64,000 bases of DNA, from the NCBI GenBank assembly GCA_045627885.1, contig JAZQOM010000066.1, forward strand, positions 8,673-72,672, read 5' to 3'. Of this stretch, positions 28,724 through 38,162 are shown piece by piece. The DNA is from Eubacteriales bacterium. Lineage in GTDB: Bacteria > Bacillota > Clostridia > Oscillospirales > CAG-272. Made by a program: the position numbers and the translations under genes. A model generated the notes under the pieces. That model did not search any database and was not told the DNA's origin. It saw nothing but the letters and a program-made list of their open reading frames with translations. Numbering within the stretch: position 1 is the stretch's first letter; the number at the start of each line of letters is the position of its first letter.

Positions 28724-29612
28724 CGAGCAGATACAAGAGCTCAAGCAAGAGCGCAACGCGCTGATTCTCGCGCATTACTATATTGATTACGGCATCGGTC
28801 AGATTGCCGATATGGTGGGCGACAGCTTTGAGCTTGCCCGCCGCGCAAGGAATGCGGAAGAAGAGGTCTTGGTGTTTTGCGGCGTAAGCTTTATGGGAGA
28901 ATGCGCAAAGATTCTTTCTCCCGACAAAACAGTGCTTCTGCCGAGAGCCGATGCCGGCTGTCCCATGGCGGATACCGTTACACCGGAGGATGTGGCAAAG
29001 CTAAAGGAAAAATATCCTGATGCCGCGGTTGTCTGCTATGTCAATTCTTCGGCAAAAACAAAAGCTCTGTGTGATATATGCTGCACATCGTCAAACGCAG
29101 AACGGGTTGTACGCTCACTCGAAAATGAACAAATAATATTCCTGCCGGACAAGAACCTCGGCACATACATAGCAAAGAAGGTTCCGGAAAAGCAGATAAT
29201 ACCGTTTGACGGATGCTGTCCCGTTCACAACGGAATAACGGTTGAAGATGTTTTTGCCGCAAAGGGAAAATATCCCGACGCAAAGCTTCTCGTTCATCCG
29301 GAATGCCCCGAGGAGGTCACAAGGCTTGCCGACTTTGTCGGAAGCACATCGCAGATAATCCGCTTTGCCGAGGACGACAGCGCCGAGAGCTTTATCATCG
29401 GAACGGAAAACGGCGTGGCTGACAGACTTTCCCGCACGCTTCCGGCAAAGAGCTTTTATCCGCTTGCGCCGAGATTTATATGCGCGGATATGAAAAAGCC
29501 GACAAAGCAGGATGTAATAGACGCGCTTTTATATAACTCGAATGAGATAATTCTTGACGCGGAGCTTGCAAAAAAAGCGAGAATTCCGCTTGAACGAATG
29601 CTTCACATATAA
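28704..29612 (+). CDS. nadA: quinolinate synthase NadA
   Basis: ILAHYY, the FMGE region and conserved Cys ligands. First gene of nadA-nadB-nadC. Confidence 0.93.
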   Translation: MEEKLLDEQIQELKQERNALILAHYYIDYGIGQIADMVGDSFELARRARNAEEEVLVFCGVSFMGECAKILSPDKTVLLPRADAGCPMADTVTPEDVAKLKEKYPDAAVVCYVNSSAKTKALCDICCTSSNAERVVRSLENEQIIFLPDKNLGTYIAKKVPEKQIIPFDGCCPVHNGITVEDVFAAKGKYPDAKLLVHPECPEEVTRLADFVGSTSQIIRFAEDDSAESFIIGTENGVADRLSRTLPAKSFYPLAPRFICADMKKPTKQDVIDALLYNSNEIILDAELAKKARIPLERMLHI

Positions 29613-29627
29613 AAAGAGGCGATTTTT

Positions 29628-31184
29628 GTGAGAAGATATTTGCTCTGCGACTCGCAGAGAAATCTGATAAATACCGTACGAGGCTACGATGTCATAGTCG
29701 TCGGCAGCGGAATAGCGGGACTTTATTCCGCACTGCATCTGTCAGCCGAGCTCTCGGTTGCGGTCGTGTGCAAGAGCAACATCGAAAAGGGCAGCTCGTG
29801 GTACGCCCAGGGCGGAATTGCCGCCGTGCTTTCCGACGACGACAGTTACAGGCTTCACCTTGAGGATACGCTCAAGGCGGGAGCCGGACTTTGCAACACG
29901 GACGCGGTTGAAGCTCTTGTAAAAGAGGGCCCCGACAACATTATGGAGCTTGTCAGAATGGGAGTGCCCTTTGATTCCGACGGATACGGAAAGCTTCTTT
30001 GCACGAGAGAGGGCGGACACCGCATAAACAGAATAGTCCACTGCGGCGGCGACGCCACGGGCAGGGAGACCACAAGGCAGCTCGGAAGGCTTGTCGCATC
30101 GCGCGAAAACATTACGGTAATGACGGAGTGCTATGCCGTTGATGTTGTCACCGACGATAGCGGAGTCTGCGGTATTCTGCTTTGCAGAGAGGGAAATCTC
30201 GTATACTGCCCGTGCGGAAATGTGATAATCGCCACCGGCGGCATAGGTCAGGTTTACAGATATACCACCAATCCGTCCGGCGCGGTCGGCGACGGAATAG
30301 CGATGGCGCAAAGAGCGGGCGCAAGGCTTGACCGTATGGAAATGATACAGTTCCACCCGACAACGCTTATCCCGCAGGGAAAGACGGAAAGGCTGTTCCT
30401 CATATCGGAGGCGGTCAGAGGAGAGGGCGCGATTCTGAGAAATTCAAAAGGTGAAGCTTTTATGCAAAACGCCCACGATATGAAAGACCTCGCCCCGCGT
30501 GACATAGTTACGAGGGCAATTCTTTCGGAGCTTTCAAAAAGCGGAGAACAGAATGTCTTTCTCGATGTATCCAATATGAGCGCAGAGTTCTTCGCGCACA
30601 GATTTCCGACGATATACGCAAAGTGCAAGGAGCTTTGCATAAATCTCACCGAAGATATGATACCCGTTCGCCCAGGTCAGCATTATCTTATGGGCGGCAT
30701 ACGCACGGATTTATACGGCGCGACGCATATTCCCGGGCTTTATGCCTGCGGAGAGGCGGCGTGCACCGGAGCTCACGGAGCCAACCGACTTGCAAGCAAT
30801 TCGATGCTCGAATGCCTTGTGTTCGGCAGACGCTGCGCTCTTTGCATAAACGGAAACGCAAGAGCGGGCAAGGAAGTCGATTTAGAATTTGACGCACGCA
30901 GAACGGAGCCGCTTTCTCACGCAAGAGAAGCGGAGCTTCGCACGAGAATAAAACATAAGATGACAAAATACGCAGGCCCCGTCCGCACGGCGGAGGGACT
31001 TGCAAGAGCAAGAGAAAGCATCGCCGCAATCAGGGAAGAGATAGACGGATACATTCTTTCCGGCGGATACGAATTCGAGCTTTACAATATGGCTGAGGTC
31101 GCACAGACCGTCATAGATTCTGCGGCAGCAAGAAAAGAAAGCGTCGGCGCGCATTATCTTGCCGATGCCGCGCTTGTGAAATGA
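29628..31184 (+). CDS. nadB: L-aspartate oxidase NadB
   Basis: FAD dinucleotide fold DVIVVGSGIAGL and QFHPT; flavoprotein of the succinate dehydrogenase/fumarate reductase family. GTG start with a GAGG RBS. Confidence 0.93.
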   Translation: MRRYLLCDSQRNLINTVRGYDVIVVGSGIAGLYSALHLSAELSVAVVCKSNIEKGSSWYAQGGIAAVLSDDDSYRLHLEDTLKAGAGLCNTDAVEALVKEGPDNIMELVRMGVPFDSDGYGKLLCTREGGHRINRIVHCGGDATGRETTRQLGRLVASRENITVMTECYAVDVVTDDSGVCGILLCREGNLVYCPCGNVIIATGGIGQVYRYTTNPSGAVGDGIAMAQRAGARLDRMEMIQFHPTTLIPQGKTERLFLISEAVRGEGAILRNSKGEAFMQNAHDMKDLAPRDIVTRAILSELSKSGEQNVFLDVSNMSAEFFAHRFPTIYAKCKELCINLTEDMIPVRPGQHYLMGGIRTDLYGATHIPGLYACGEAACTGAHGANRLASNSMLECLVFGRRCALCINGNARAGKEVDLEFDARRTEPLSHAREAELRTRIKHKMTKYAGPVRTAEGLARARESIAAIREEIDGYILSGGYEFELYNMAEVAQTVIDSAAARKESVGAHYLADAALVK

Positions 31185-31194
31185 GGTGTTTTTG

Positions 31195-32043
31195 ATGAAT
31201 AACGGAATAGATAAGGGCACACTTGACGATTATATAAAGGCGGCGCTTCGCGAGGATTTGGGACTCGGCGATGTCACCACGCTCGCAATAGTCCCCGACG
31301 GAATGCGCGCGGGCGGCAAATTTACGGCAAAGGCAAGCGGAGTATTCTGCGGCGAAGCCGTGCTCGAGCGGATATTCGGCGGCATTTTCGAGCAGACTGA
31401 AATAGAGCTCTTCGTTCATGACGGCGACAGAATAAACAAGGATGAGCTTATCGCAACCGTATCCGGCGACGCAAGAGAGCTTCTTGCGGGAGAAAGAACG
31501 GCGCTCAACATCGTTCAGCACCTCTCGGGAATAGCGACTATGACTGCGGAGGCAGTCGCAAAAGTCGGAGACACGGGAGTAAAAATTGCCGACACCCGCA
31601 AAACCACTCCGCAGATGAGATTCTTGGAAAAATACGCGGTAAGAGTCGGCGGCGGCACCAATCACCGCTTCAACCTGTCGGACGGCGTTCTTATTAAGGA
31701 TAACCACATCGCCGCGGCGGGAAGCATTACGGAAGCGGTACGCCGCGCCAAGAGAAACGCATCGCATCTTCTCAAGGTCGAGGTCGAGGTGGAAACGCTT
31801 GAGGATATGCACGAGGCGATAGAGGCGGGCGCGGATATCGTTATGCTCGACAATATGGACTACGATACGATAGTAAGAGCCGTATCGGAGGCAAACGGTT
31901 GTGTTCTTCTCGAGGCGTCCGGCAATATGAACGAGAGGGATATACGCGCCATAGCCGAAACGGGCGTCGATATCATTTCGATAGGTGCGCTCACCCACAG
32001 CACCAAGGTTTTGGACATAAGCTTAAAGCTCGATATGCAGTAA
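31195..32043 (+). CDS. nadC: nicotinate-nucleotide diphosphorylase (carboxylating) NadC
   Basis: ERTALNIVQHLSGIAT, TRKTTPQMR and IMLDNM. The ATG at 31195 is preferred (GAGGTG 6 nt upstream) over the ORF-track GTG at 31186. Confidence 0.92.
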   Translation: MNNGIDKGTLDDYIKAALREDLGLGDVTTLAIVPDGMRAGGKFTAKASGVFCGEAVLERIFGGIFEQTEIELFVHDGDRINKDELIATVSGDARELLAGERTALNIVQHLSGIATMTAEAVAKVGDTGVKIADTRKTTPQMRFLEKYAVRVGGGTNHRFNLSDGVLIKDNHIAAAGSITEAVRRAKRNASHLLKVEVEVETLEDMHEAIEAGADIVMLDNMDYDTIVRAVSEANGCVLLEASGNMNERDIRAIAETGVDIISIGALTHSTKVLDISLKLDMQ

Positions 32044-32086
32044 GCAATCCGCGACACTTCTTACATATTTATATAAGAGGTGTATT

Positions 32087-32329
32087 ATGATTATTATTCC
32101 GGATTTTATGACATATCTCTATTGCGCGATAATAGCAATATCGGCGACGGCGGCGCTAATAACGGAAAGCGAGCGCTGGATTATACCTATTCCGTCGGCG
32201 TTTACCGCGATGCTCATGCTCATATCGGACTTGCCGTTCTATCTTTCGGCAACTGCGTTTTTTGCGATTTCGGGAGCACTTTTAGTGTTCCACTATGCCG
32301 TATCGGCAATAATTCGGAGGAAATTATGA
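32087..32329 (+). CDS. hypothetical small membrane protein (80 aa)
   Basis: AGAGG RBS and 2-3 predicted TM helices. Its stop overlaps the next gene's ATG (ATGA). It competes with an implausible N-terminal extension of the FAH ORF. Confidence 0.5.
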   Translation: MIIIPDFMTYLYCAIIAISATAALITESERWIIPIPSAFTAMLMLISDLPFYLSATAFFAISGALLVFHYAVSAIIRRKL

Positions 32330-33186
32330 AATTCATCACATACAGAGAAAACGGAAAGCTCGTTCCGGCAGTTCTTTCGCCGGACGGAAAGTCCGCGCTT
32401 TCATTTGAAAAGGCGAATATCCCGTTCGAAAGCGTTTTTGCGCTTGTAAAATCGGGAGAAAGCGTAAGCGTATCGGATTTTTCGCAAGCCGTTTCGCTTG
32501 ACACGCTTGAGCTCACATCGCCGCTGCCGAGAATCGACCATGATGTAATCTGCCTCGGCATAAACTATATGGCTCACGCCGAGGAGAGCGCCCGTTATAA
32601 AAAGGAAGCTTTTGAGCGCGACAGGGCGTACCCCGTCTATTTTTCAAAGAGGGTGAACCTTTCCGTCGGCGACGGAGAGAGCATAAAACTGCACGCGGAT
32701 GTTACCGAAAGAGTGGACTACGAAGCGGAAATAGCGGTAGTCCTCGGCAAAACGGCGAAAAATGTAAAAAAAGAGGACGCATATAACTATGTTTTCGGCT
32801 ACACCGTCTTAAACGATGTCAGCGCGCGTGATGTTCAGACACGCCACAAGCAGTGGTATTTCGGCAAGAGCATGGACGGCTTTACCTCAATGGGCCCGTG
32901 CCTTGTCACCGCGGACGAGATAAATCCCGAGGCTCTTTACATACGCTCTTATGTAAACGGAGAAATAAGACAGAACAGCAATACATCGCTTATGGTATTC
33001 GGAATTCCTCATGTAATAGAGGAGCTTTCCGCCGCCATGACGCTTGAAGCCGGAACGGTAATTTCGATGGGCACTCCGGCGGGAGTCGGTATGGGATTTG
33101 ACCCGCCGAAATTCTTAAAAAGCGGCGATACGGTTACCTGCGAGGTAGAAAAAATAGGCAGTATAACGAATAAATTTATAAATTGA
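32326..33186 (+). CDS. fumarylacetoacetate hydrolase (FAH) family protein
   Basis: FAH-fold motifs VICLGINYMAHAEE, DYEAEIAVVLGK and GTPAGVG. The start was moved to the ATG at 32326, which has a GGAGG RBS. Confidence 0.88.
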   Translation: MKFITYRENGKLVPAVLSPDGKSALSFEKANIPFESVFALVKSGESVSVSDFSQAVSLDTLELTSPLPRIDHDVICLGINYMAHAEESARYKKEAFERDRAYPVYFSKRVNLSVGDGESIKLHADVTERVDYEAEIAVVLGKTAKNVKKEDAYNYVFGYTVLNDVSARDVQTRHKQWYFGKSMDGFTSMGPCLVTADEINPEALYIRSYVNGEIRQNSNTSLMVFGIPHVIEELSAAMTLEAGTVISMGTPAGVGMGFDPPKFLKSGDTVTCEVEKIGSITNKFIN

Positions 33187-33219
33187 CAAAATTTTTTGAG
33201 TTTTTTTAATAAAAACATA

Positions 33220-33248
33220 TTGACTAATTGCATTTTTTACTATATAAT
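33220..33248 (+). promoter_or_regulatory. sigma-A-type promoter for the 33351 surface-protein gene
   Basis: TTGACT, a 17-nt spacer, then TATAAT. The TTGACTAAT box matches the promoter at 59525. Confidence 0.6.
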
Positions 33249-33350
33249 TATCGTAAGTATTAATGCCATTATGGAGACTTGTCCCCATAACATGCGGCGT
33301 TACTTATTATAATAAAAGTAAAAATATAATTAGAGAAGGGAATTTTTGAG

Positions 33351-34685
33351 ATGAAAAAAATCATTTCTGTTCTGCTTGTTCTCTGCATGGCACTTGCTTG
33401 CGTACTCAGTTTTACGCCTGCCGTATGTGCAGCAGACGGCCCCGCTTTCAGCGTAAGTGGTACTACCGCTGACATCGGAGACACAATTACACTTACATTG
33501 ACGGCTGATAAGGGCGGCTTTACGGGCGCCGAGATTCAGCTTGATTATGACAAAACATGCCTTAAGCTCGTTGATGTAAATCTTGAGCTTTCCGCAACCG
33601 GCAAGGATGTTTACGGCGCGGCCAATAAGATGGCTACCGTTCCTTATTCGATGCTGTTCACAAAAGCGAGCGGACCTGTTGATGATGAAACCGTGCTCGG
33701 CAATTTCACATTTGAGATTGTTGACGCCGGCAAAGAAGACTTGTCTGTTGCAGTAGGCTTCACGGTTGGTATGCCTGTTGTCGGCGGCGGAACAAGACTC
33801 GGTCAGGTCGTTAACGGCGGAACTGACCTCAGTGCTTCGACATCTTTCACCGCAGGTACAGTTCATGTTACCGGCGCTCCCTCATCAAATTTAGCTTCCG
33901 ACGAGTATGATTACTACTATAACAAGAAAGCCGGCGGCGATGTATTTGAATATATCGGCGTACGCGTGCTTGATAAGTTGATATTCCCCGCTGAAGTAAC
34001 CAATATTGATGTCGTAGAAAGTCTTGACGATGTATCGACATTTGTATTCCCCGAAACGGTTGAAAGCGTCACGGATTTTGCTCTCGAGGATGCCGGAGTC
34101 GGTGATGGTGCCGAGTATTATTTCTTCAATCCGGAGATTGAATTAGGAGAAGGTTCCATAGGTTATTATTATGACAAAAAAGGAAGAGAAGACCTTCCTT
34201 GCGAAGATGTAATAATTCACGGCTGGCTCGGCTCTACTGCAGAAACTTACGCAACCGAAAACGGATTTGAATTTAAGCCCATCGGAGAATTCAAGACAAT
34301 CGGCGCACAGAACGGCACGAACGCAATTCGCTTTATATCAAGAATGAAATATGCAGACAGCTATGTTGCCGCAAAGGTTGTTATCTCCGCAACAGGCGCA
34401 GATGATTCCGGCACTGCTATCAACAAGAGCGCAAAAGAGCTTCCCGTATCCTGCGTATATAAGACAATCAAGGGCTCGACAGGCGGTACTTCATTCGTAG
34501 CAAAGAGCTGCCCCGAGGGATATTACCTCTCCGCGGTTTCGATTAAGAATCTGCCCACCTTCACGGGAAGCGGAAACATCGTATTTACTGTTAAGACTTA
34601 TGTTAAGTACGCAGAAGATGGCGAATTTGTAGAGCTTGACAGCCAGAATCTCACATACGATAAAAACGGTTACAGTGGTAACTAA
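33351..34685 (+). CDS. secreted protein with N-terminal cohesin-like domain, BspA-type leucine-rich repeats and a C-terminal beta domain
   Basis: Signal peptide ending VCAADG. The segment GDTITLTLTADKGGFTGAEIQLDYDKTCLKLVDV...GNFTFEIV has a cohesin-like strand pattern. The LRR-like segment is LIFPAEVTNI...FVFPETVESV. Confidence 0.65.
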   Translation: MKKIISVLLVLCMALACVLSFTPAVCAADGPAFSVSGTTADIGDTITLTLTADKGGFTGAEIQLDYDKTCLKLVDVNLELSATGKDVYGAANKMATVPYSMLFTKASGPVDDETVLGNFTFEIVDAGKEDLSVAVGFTVGMPVVGGGTRLGQVVNGGTDLSASTSFTAGTVHVTGAPSSNLASDEYDYYYNKKAGGDVFEYIGVRVLDKLIFPAEVTNIDVVESLDDVSTFVFPETVESVTDFALEDAGVGDGAEYYFFNPEIELGEGSIGYYYDKKGREDLPCEDVIIHGWLGSTAETYATENGFEFKPIGEFKTIGAQNGTNAIRFISRMKYADSYVAAKVVISATGADDSGTAINKSAKELPVSCVYKTIKGSTGGTSFVAKSCPEGYYLSAVSIKNLPTFTGSGNIVFTVKTYVKYAEDGEFVELDSQNLTYDKNGYSGN

Positions 34686-34706
34686 GGGCGTCGGAGGTAT
34701 AGAGAA

Positions 34707-34835
34707 ATGAAAATGATTTATGAGATGCCCGATATCAAGTTTATCAAAGTCGCTTCTGAAGAGATTATGCTTCTCAGCAAAAATGACGATACTCCCGGTG
34801 AGGGCGAAGAGGTTAAGTGGGAAGACTGGACCTGA
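34707..34835 (+). CDS. small acidic peptide, 42 aa (not in ORF track)
   Basis: GGAGG sits 9 nt upstream. Product is MKMIYEMPDIKFIKVASEEIMLLSKNDDTPGEGEEVKWEDWT, paralogous to the peptide at 35101-35241. Confidence 0.55.
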   Translation: MKMIYEMPDIKFIKVASEEIMLLSKNDDTPGEGEEVKWEDWT

Positions 34836-35037
34836 TTAGAGGGACATAATAGAGCAATACAAAAGAAAGCTTGCATAAGCAAGCGGTCTTTTAGTCTGCT
34901 GACAAAGTCGCGCGATAGGCACAAAGCCGATAACTTGACAAAAATGTGAGAAGGAAAAGCAAAGCGGTGGGAAAGAATCAACAAGAGTATAGCTATCCCG
35001 ATGAGATGCGCGAAAGAAAATCGAAGAAAAAGCTCTT

Positions 35038-35071
35038 TTCGCAAATGCGAAAAGAGCTTTCATGCTTTGCT
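35038..35071. terminator. hairpin terminator between the two small peptide genes
   Basis: ~14-bp stem AAGCTCTTTTCGC / GCGAAAAGAGCTT. The T-run lies on the minus-strand side, and the plus-strand tail is weaker. Confidence 0.65.
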
Positions 35072-35100
35072 TATTCGGTTGCAGAAATACAACTTGCAAA

Positions 35101-35241
35101 TCAATATCTCTGCGTGTAATCCTTATCCTTATTGGGATTTCCCGAATCTTCGGGCTCCTCGGCAGGAGAAGATGTAAGCATTATATCGGGAAACTCCAAC
35201 AAAAGAATTTCCGCATCGGGATTTTTATAATTTTCTTTCAT
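35101..35241 (-). CDS. small acidic peptide, 46 aa (not in ORF track)
   Basis: GGAGG sits 7 nt upstream. Product is MKENYKNPDAEILLLEFPDIMLTSSPAEEPEDSGNPNKDKDYTQRY. It shares the motif YxxPDxx[FI][IL]x[VL]xxx[ED]IMLxS with the peptide at 34707. Confidence 0.55.
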   Translation of the reverse strand: MKENYKNPDAEILLLEFPDIMLTSSPAEEPEDSGNPNKDKDYTQRY

Positions 35242-35450
35242 ATCATAACCTCCGTTATTCAGTGCTGATTTTACTATATGTATACATTATACCACAAAAA
35301 AATAAAAAATCAATACTTATTTGAATTCGGTTCAATATCCGGAAAATGCAGGTATAAAGCGGCATTGGGGAGCTTTGAACAGAGAGAGCATAAATTTTCC
35401 GGTAAAAAACGAAAAAACAAACGCCGATTTCTGTATTTTCGAAACGACAC

Positions 35451-35479
35451 TTGACTTGTCTGTTCGGATTTGATATAAT
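35451..35479 (+). promoter_or_regulatory. sigma-A-type promoter (extended -10) for the FNT-fhs operon
   Basis: TTGACT, a 17-nt spacer, then TGaTATAAT. This leaves a ~130-nt leader. Confidence 0.6.
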
Positions 35480-35614
35480 AACTTAACAAAAAGCATTCTT
35501 GCTGCTGACGGCAAGCGCCGCGGAAACAAGTATGTATAAGCCGACGGGCGTATTTGTTTGTGCATGACAAGTATGCTCTTTTTTATACACTTTTTAATAT
35601 TAAGGAGAAGAATT

Positions 35615-36217
35615 ATGCCAAAAAAGCTATTATTGGGGCTTTCCGCCGGTATTCTCATTTCGATAGGCGGCTCGGTATTCCTTGCCTGCGACAACAAGGT
35701 TGTCGGCGCGGTATTCTTTTCGGTTGCACTCATTTGCATTTGCATTAAAGGCTATTCGCTTTACACGGGCAAGATAGGTTTTATTCCCGAAAAACACGGC
35801 AAAGAAGAATTCTCCGTGCTTCTTCTCGGACTTTTGGGCAACGCCGTGGGCACTACCGTCTGCGGCTATGCGATAAAATATGCGCTACCCAAGCTCTCCG
35901 AAACGGCACAGACTATTTGCTCGGCAAAGCTCGAGCAGAGCTTCGGCTCTACGCTTATCAGAGGCATTTTCTGCGGAATTCTGATGTATCTTGCCGTAAG
36001 CATTTACAGAGACAAGCAGAAGATTGTCGGAATACTGTTCTGCGTGCCCGTATTTATTCTTGCGGGCTTTGAACACTCAATAGCCGATATGTTCTACTTT
36101 GCGGCTGACGGCACGGTTTCGCTTGCGAGATTTTGCTATATCTGGACGGTCATTTTAGGCAATACGATTGGCGGAATGCTTCTGCCGGTGCTCAATTTTA
36201 CAAAAATAGAAAACTGA
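35615..36217 (+). CDS. formate/nitrite transporter (FNT) family channel
   Basis: Polytopic membrane protein with the FNT signature AGFEHSIADMFYF. The start was moved to the ATG at 35615, which has an AAGGAGA RBS. Adjacent to fhs. Confidence 0.8.
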   Translation: MPKKLLLGLSAGILISIGGSVFLACDNKVVGAVFFSVALICICIKGYSLYTGKIGFIPEKHGKEEFSVLLLGLLGNAVGTTVCGYAIKYALPKLSETAQTICSAKLEQSFGSTLIRGIFCGILMYLAVSIYRDKQKIVGILFCVPVFILAGFEHSIADMFYFAADGTVSLARFCYIWTVILGNTIGGMLLPVLNFTKIEN

Positions 36218-36308
36218 TTCGCGGATATCGCCTTGCTCTTTACAAAGGAATTCATAAAGCGTATAATGATTACATAATATCAAAACTCAAGAATAAAGGA
36301 GAAAAAAG

Positions 36309-37982
36309 ATGGCATACAAATCGGATATTGAAATCGCCCAGGAATGCAAGATGCTTCCGATAACAGAAATTGCAAAAGTTGCTCATGTAGACGAAAAATA
36401 TATTGAGCAGTACGGCAAATACAAGGCAAAAATCGACCTCGACCTCTTGAAAGAGGACAAGCCCGACGGCAAGCTCGTGCTTGTTACGGCAATAACGCCC
36501 ACTCCTGCGGGAGAAGGCAAAACGACCACCACGATAGGACTTGCCGACGGTCTTAAAAAGATTGGCAAGGATGTCACCGTAGCTCTCCGCGAGCCCTCAC
36601 TCGGCCCCGTGTTCGGCGTTAAGGGCGGAGCGGCAGGCGGCGGATATGCACAGGTAGTTCCGATGGAAGATATCAACCTCCACTTCACGGGAGACTTCCA
36701 CGCAATAGGCGCGGCAAACAACCTTCTTGCCGCTATGCTCGACAATCACATTCAGCAGGGCAACGCTCTCGGAATTGATGTAAAGAAGATTACATGGAAA
36801 AGATGCGTCGATATGAACGACCGTCAGCTCCGTTTTGTAGTGGACGGACTCGGCGGCAAGGCGAACGGAACTCCGAGAGAGGACGGCTTTGATATCACCG
36901 TCGCTTCCGAGATAATGGCGGTATTCTGCCTCGCTTCTTCGATAAACGACTTAAAGGCAAGACTTTCCCGTATCATCGTCGGCTACACCTATGACGACAA
37001 GCCCGTAACGGCAGGCGACCTCAAGGCTGTCGGCGCTATGACGGCGCTTCTCAAGGACGCAATTAAGCCCAACCTCGTTCAGACTCTCGAGGGAACGCCC
37101 GCGTTTGTTCACGGCGGCCCGTTTGCAAATATCGCGCACGGCTGCAACTCCGTAATTGCTACGAGAATGGCTCTCAAAATGGGAGACTACACGATAACGG
37201 AGGCAGGCTTCGGCGCTGACCTCGGCGCGGAAAAATTCCTCGACATCAAGTGCCGTATGGCGGGACTCACACCCGACGCGGTGGTTATGGTTGCGACAAT
37301 TCGTGCGCTCAAGATGCACGGCGGACTTGCAAAGACAGAGCTCGGAAAAGAAGACCTCGGCGCGCTCGAGAGAGGTATTCCCAATCTGTTAAGGCATGTA
37401 TCCAACATCAAGAATGTTTACAAGCTCCCCTGCGTCGTAGCGGTCAACCGCTTCCCGACGGACACCGATGCCGAGGTTGAATTCATCATCAAAAAGTGCA
37501 AGGAGCTCGGAGTCAACACCGTTCTTTCGACGGTATGGGCAGACGGCGGCAACGGCGGCATTGAGCTTGCAAAAGAGGTTGTACGCCTCTGCGAAGAGGA
37601 AAAGGGAGACTTCACATTCAGCTATGATGACGATATGCCGATAGAGAAGAAGATAGAGGCGGTTGTAACCAAGGTTTACGGCGGCAAGGGCGTCAACATT
37701 CTTCCCGCGGCAAAGAAGCAGATTGAAAAGCTCACGGAGCTCGGATTTGATAAGGTTCCCGTGTGCATCGCGAAGACACAGTACAGTTTTTCAGACGACC
37801 AGACAAAGCTCGGCGCTCCCGAGGACTTCACCGTAACCGTAAGAAATGTCAAGGTTTCCGCGGGCGCGGGATTTATCGTAGTTCTCACGGGTGACATAAT
37901 GACGATGCCCGGCCTTCCCAAAAAGCCTGCGGCAGAGGGAATAGATGTTGACGAAAACGGAAAGATAACCGGACTGTTTTAA
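36309..37982 (+). CDS. fhs: formate--tetrahydrofolate ligase
   Basis: 557 aa with the [17 protein letters not shown]-loop and full-length FTHFS features. Confidence 0.96.
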   Translation: MAYKSDIEIAQECKMLPITEIAKVAHVDEKYIEQYGKYKAKIDLDLLKEDKPDGKLVLVTAITPTPAGEGKTTTTIGLADGLKKIGKDVTVALREPSLGPVFGVKGGAAGGGYAQVVPMEDINLHFTGDFHAIGAANNLLAAMLDNHIQQGNALGIDVKKITWKRCVDMNDRQLRFVVDGLGGKANGTPREDGFDITVASEIMAVFCLASSINDLKARLSRIIVGYTYDDKPVTAGDLKAVGAMTALLKDAIKPNLVQTLEGTPAFVHGGPFANIAHGCNSVIATRMALKMGDYTITEAGFGADLGAEKFLDIKCRMAGLTPDAVVMVATIRALKMHGGLAKTELGKEDLGALERGIPNLLRHVSNIKNVYKLPCVVAVNRFPTDTDAEVEFIIKKCKELGVNTVLSTVWADGGNGGIELAKEVVRLCEEEKGDFTFSYDDDMPIEKKIEAVVTKVYGGKGVNILPAAKKQIEKLTELGFDKVPVCIAKTQYSFSDDQTKLGAPEDFTVTVRNVKVSAGAGFIVVLTGDIMTMPGLPKKPAAEGIDVDENGKITGLF

Positions 37983-38002
37983 TAAAAAATAGTTGCTTAT
38001 TT

Positions 38003-38050
38003 GATATGCACCTCCGAAAGAGTTTGACTTTTGGGGTGCATATCATTTTA
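38003..38050 (+). terminator. intrinsic terminator after fhs
   Basis: Stem GATATGCACCTCC / GGGGTGCATATC followed by ATTTTA. Confidence 0.7.
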
Positions 38051-38162
38051 TCGCGCTCTTTTTTCGGGCAATTTATTTTTTTATAATGTATTGCCTTTTT
38101 TGTTTTTATGTTGTATAATTCATATACAGTATATTTGTAAATAATTGATTCGGAGGCAAAAT

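Noticed and set aside
35480-35614. ZTP (pfl) riboswitch upstream of FNT-fhs.
   Set aside because: The conserved ZTP core sequences as I remember them are not present intact. I kept this only as an unclassified leader in the findings.
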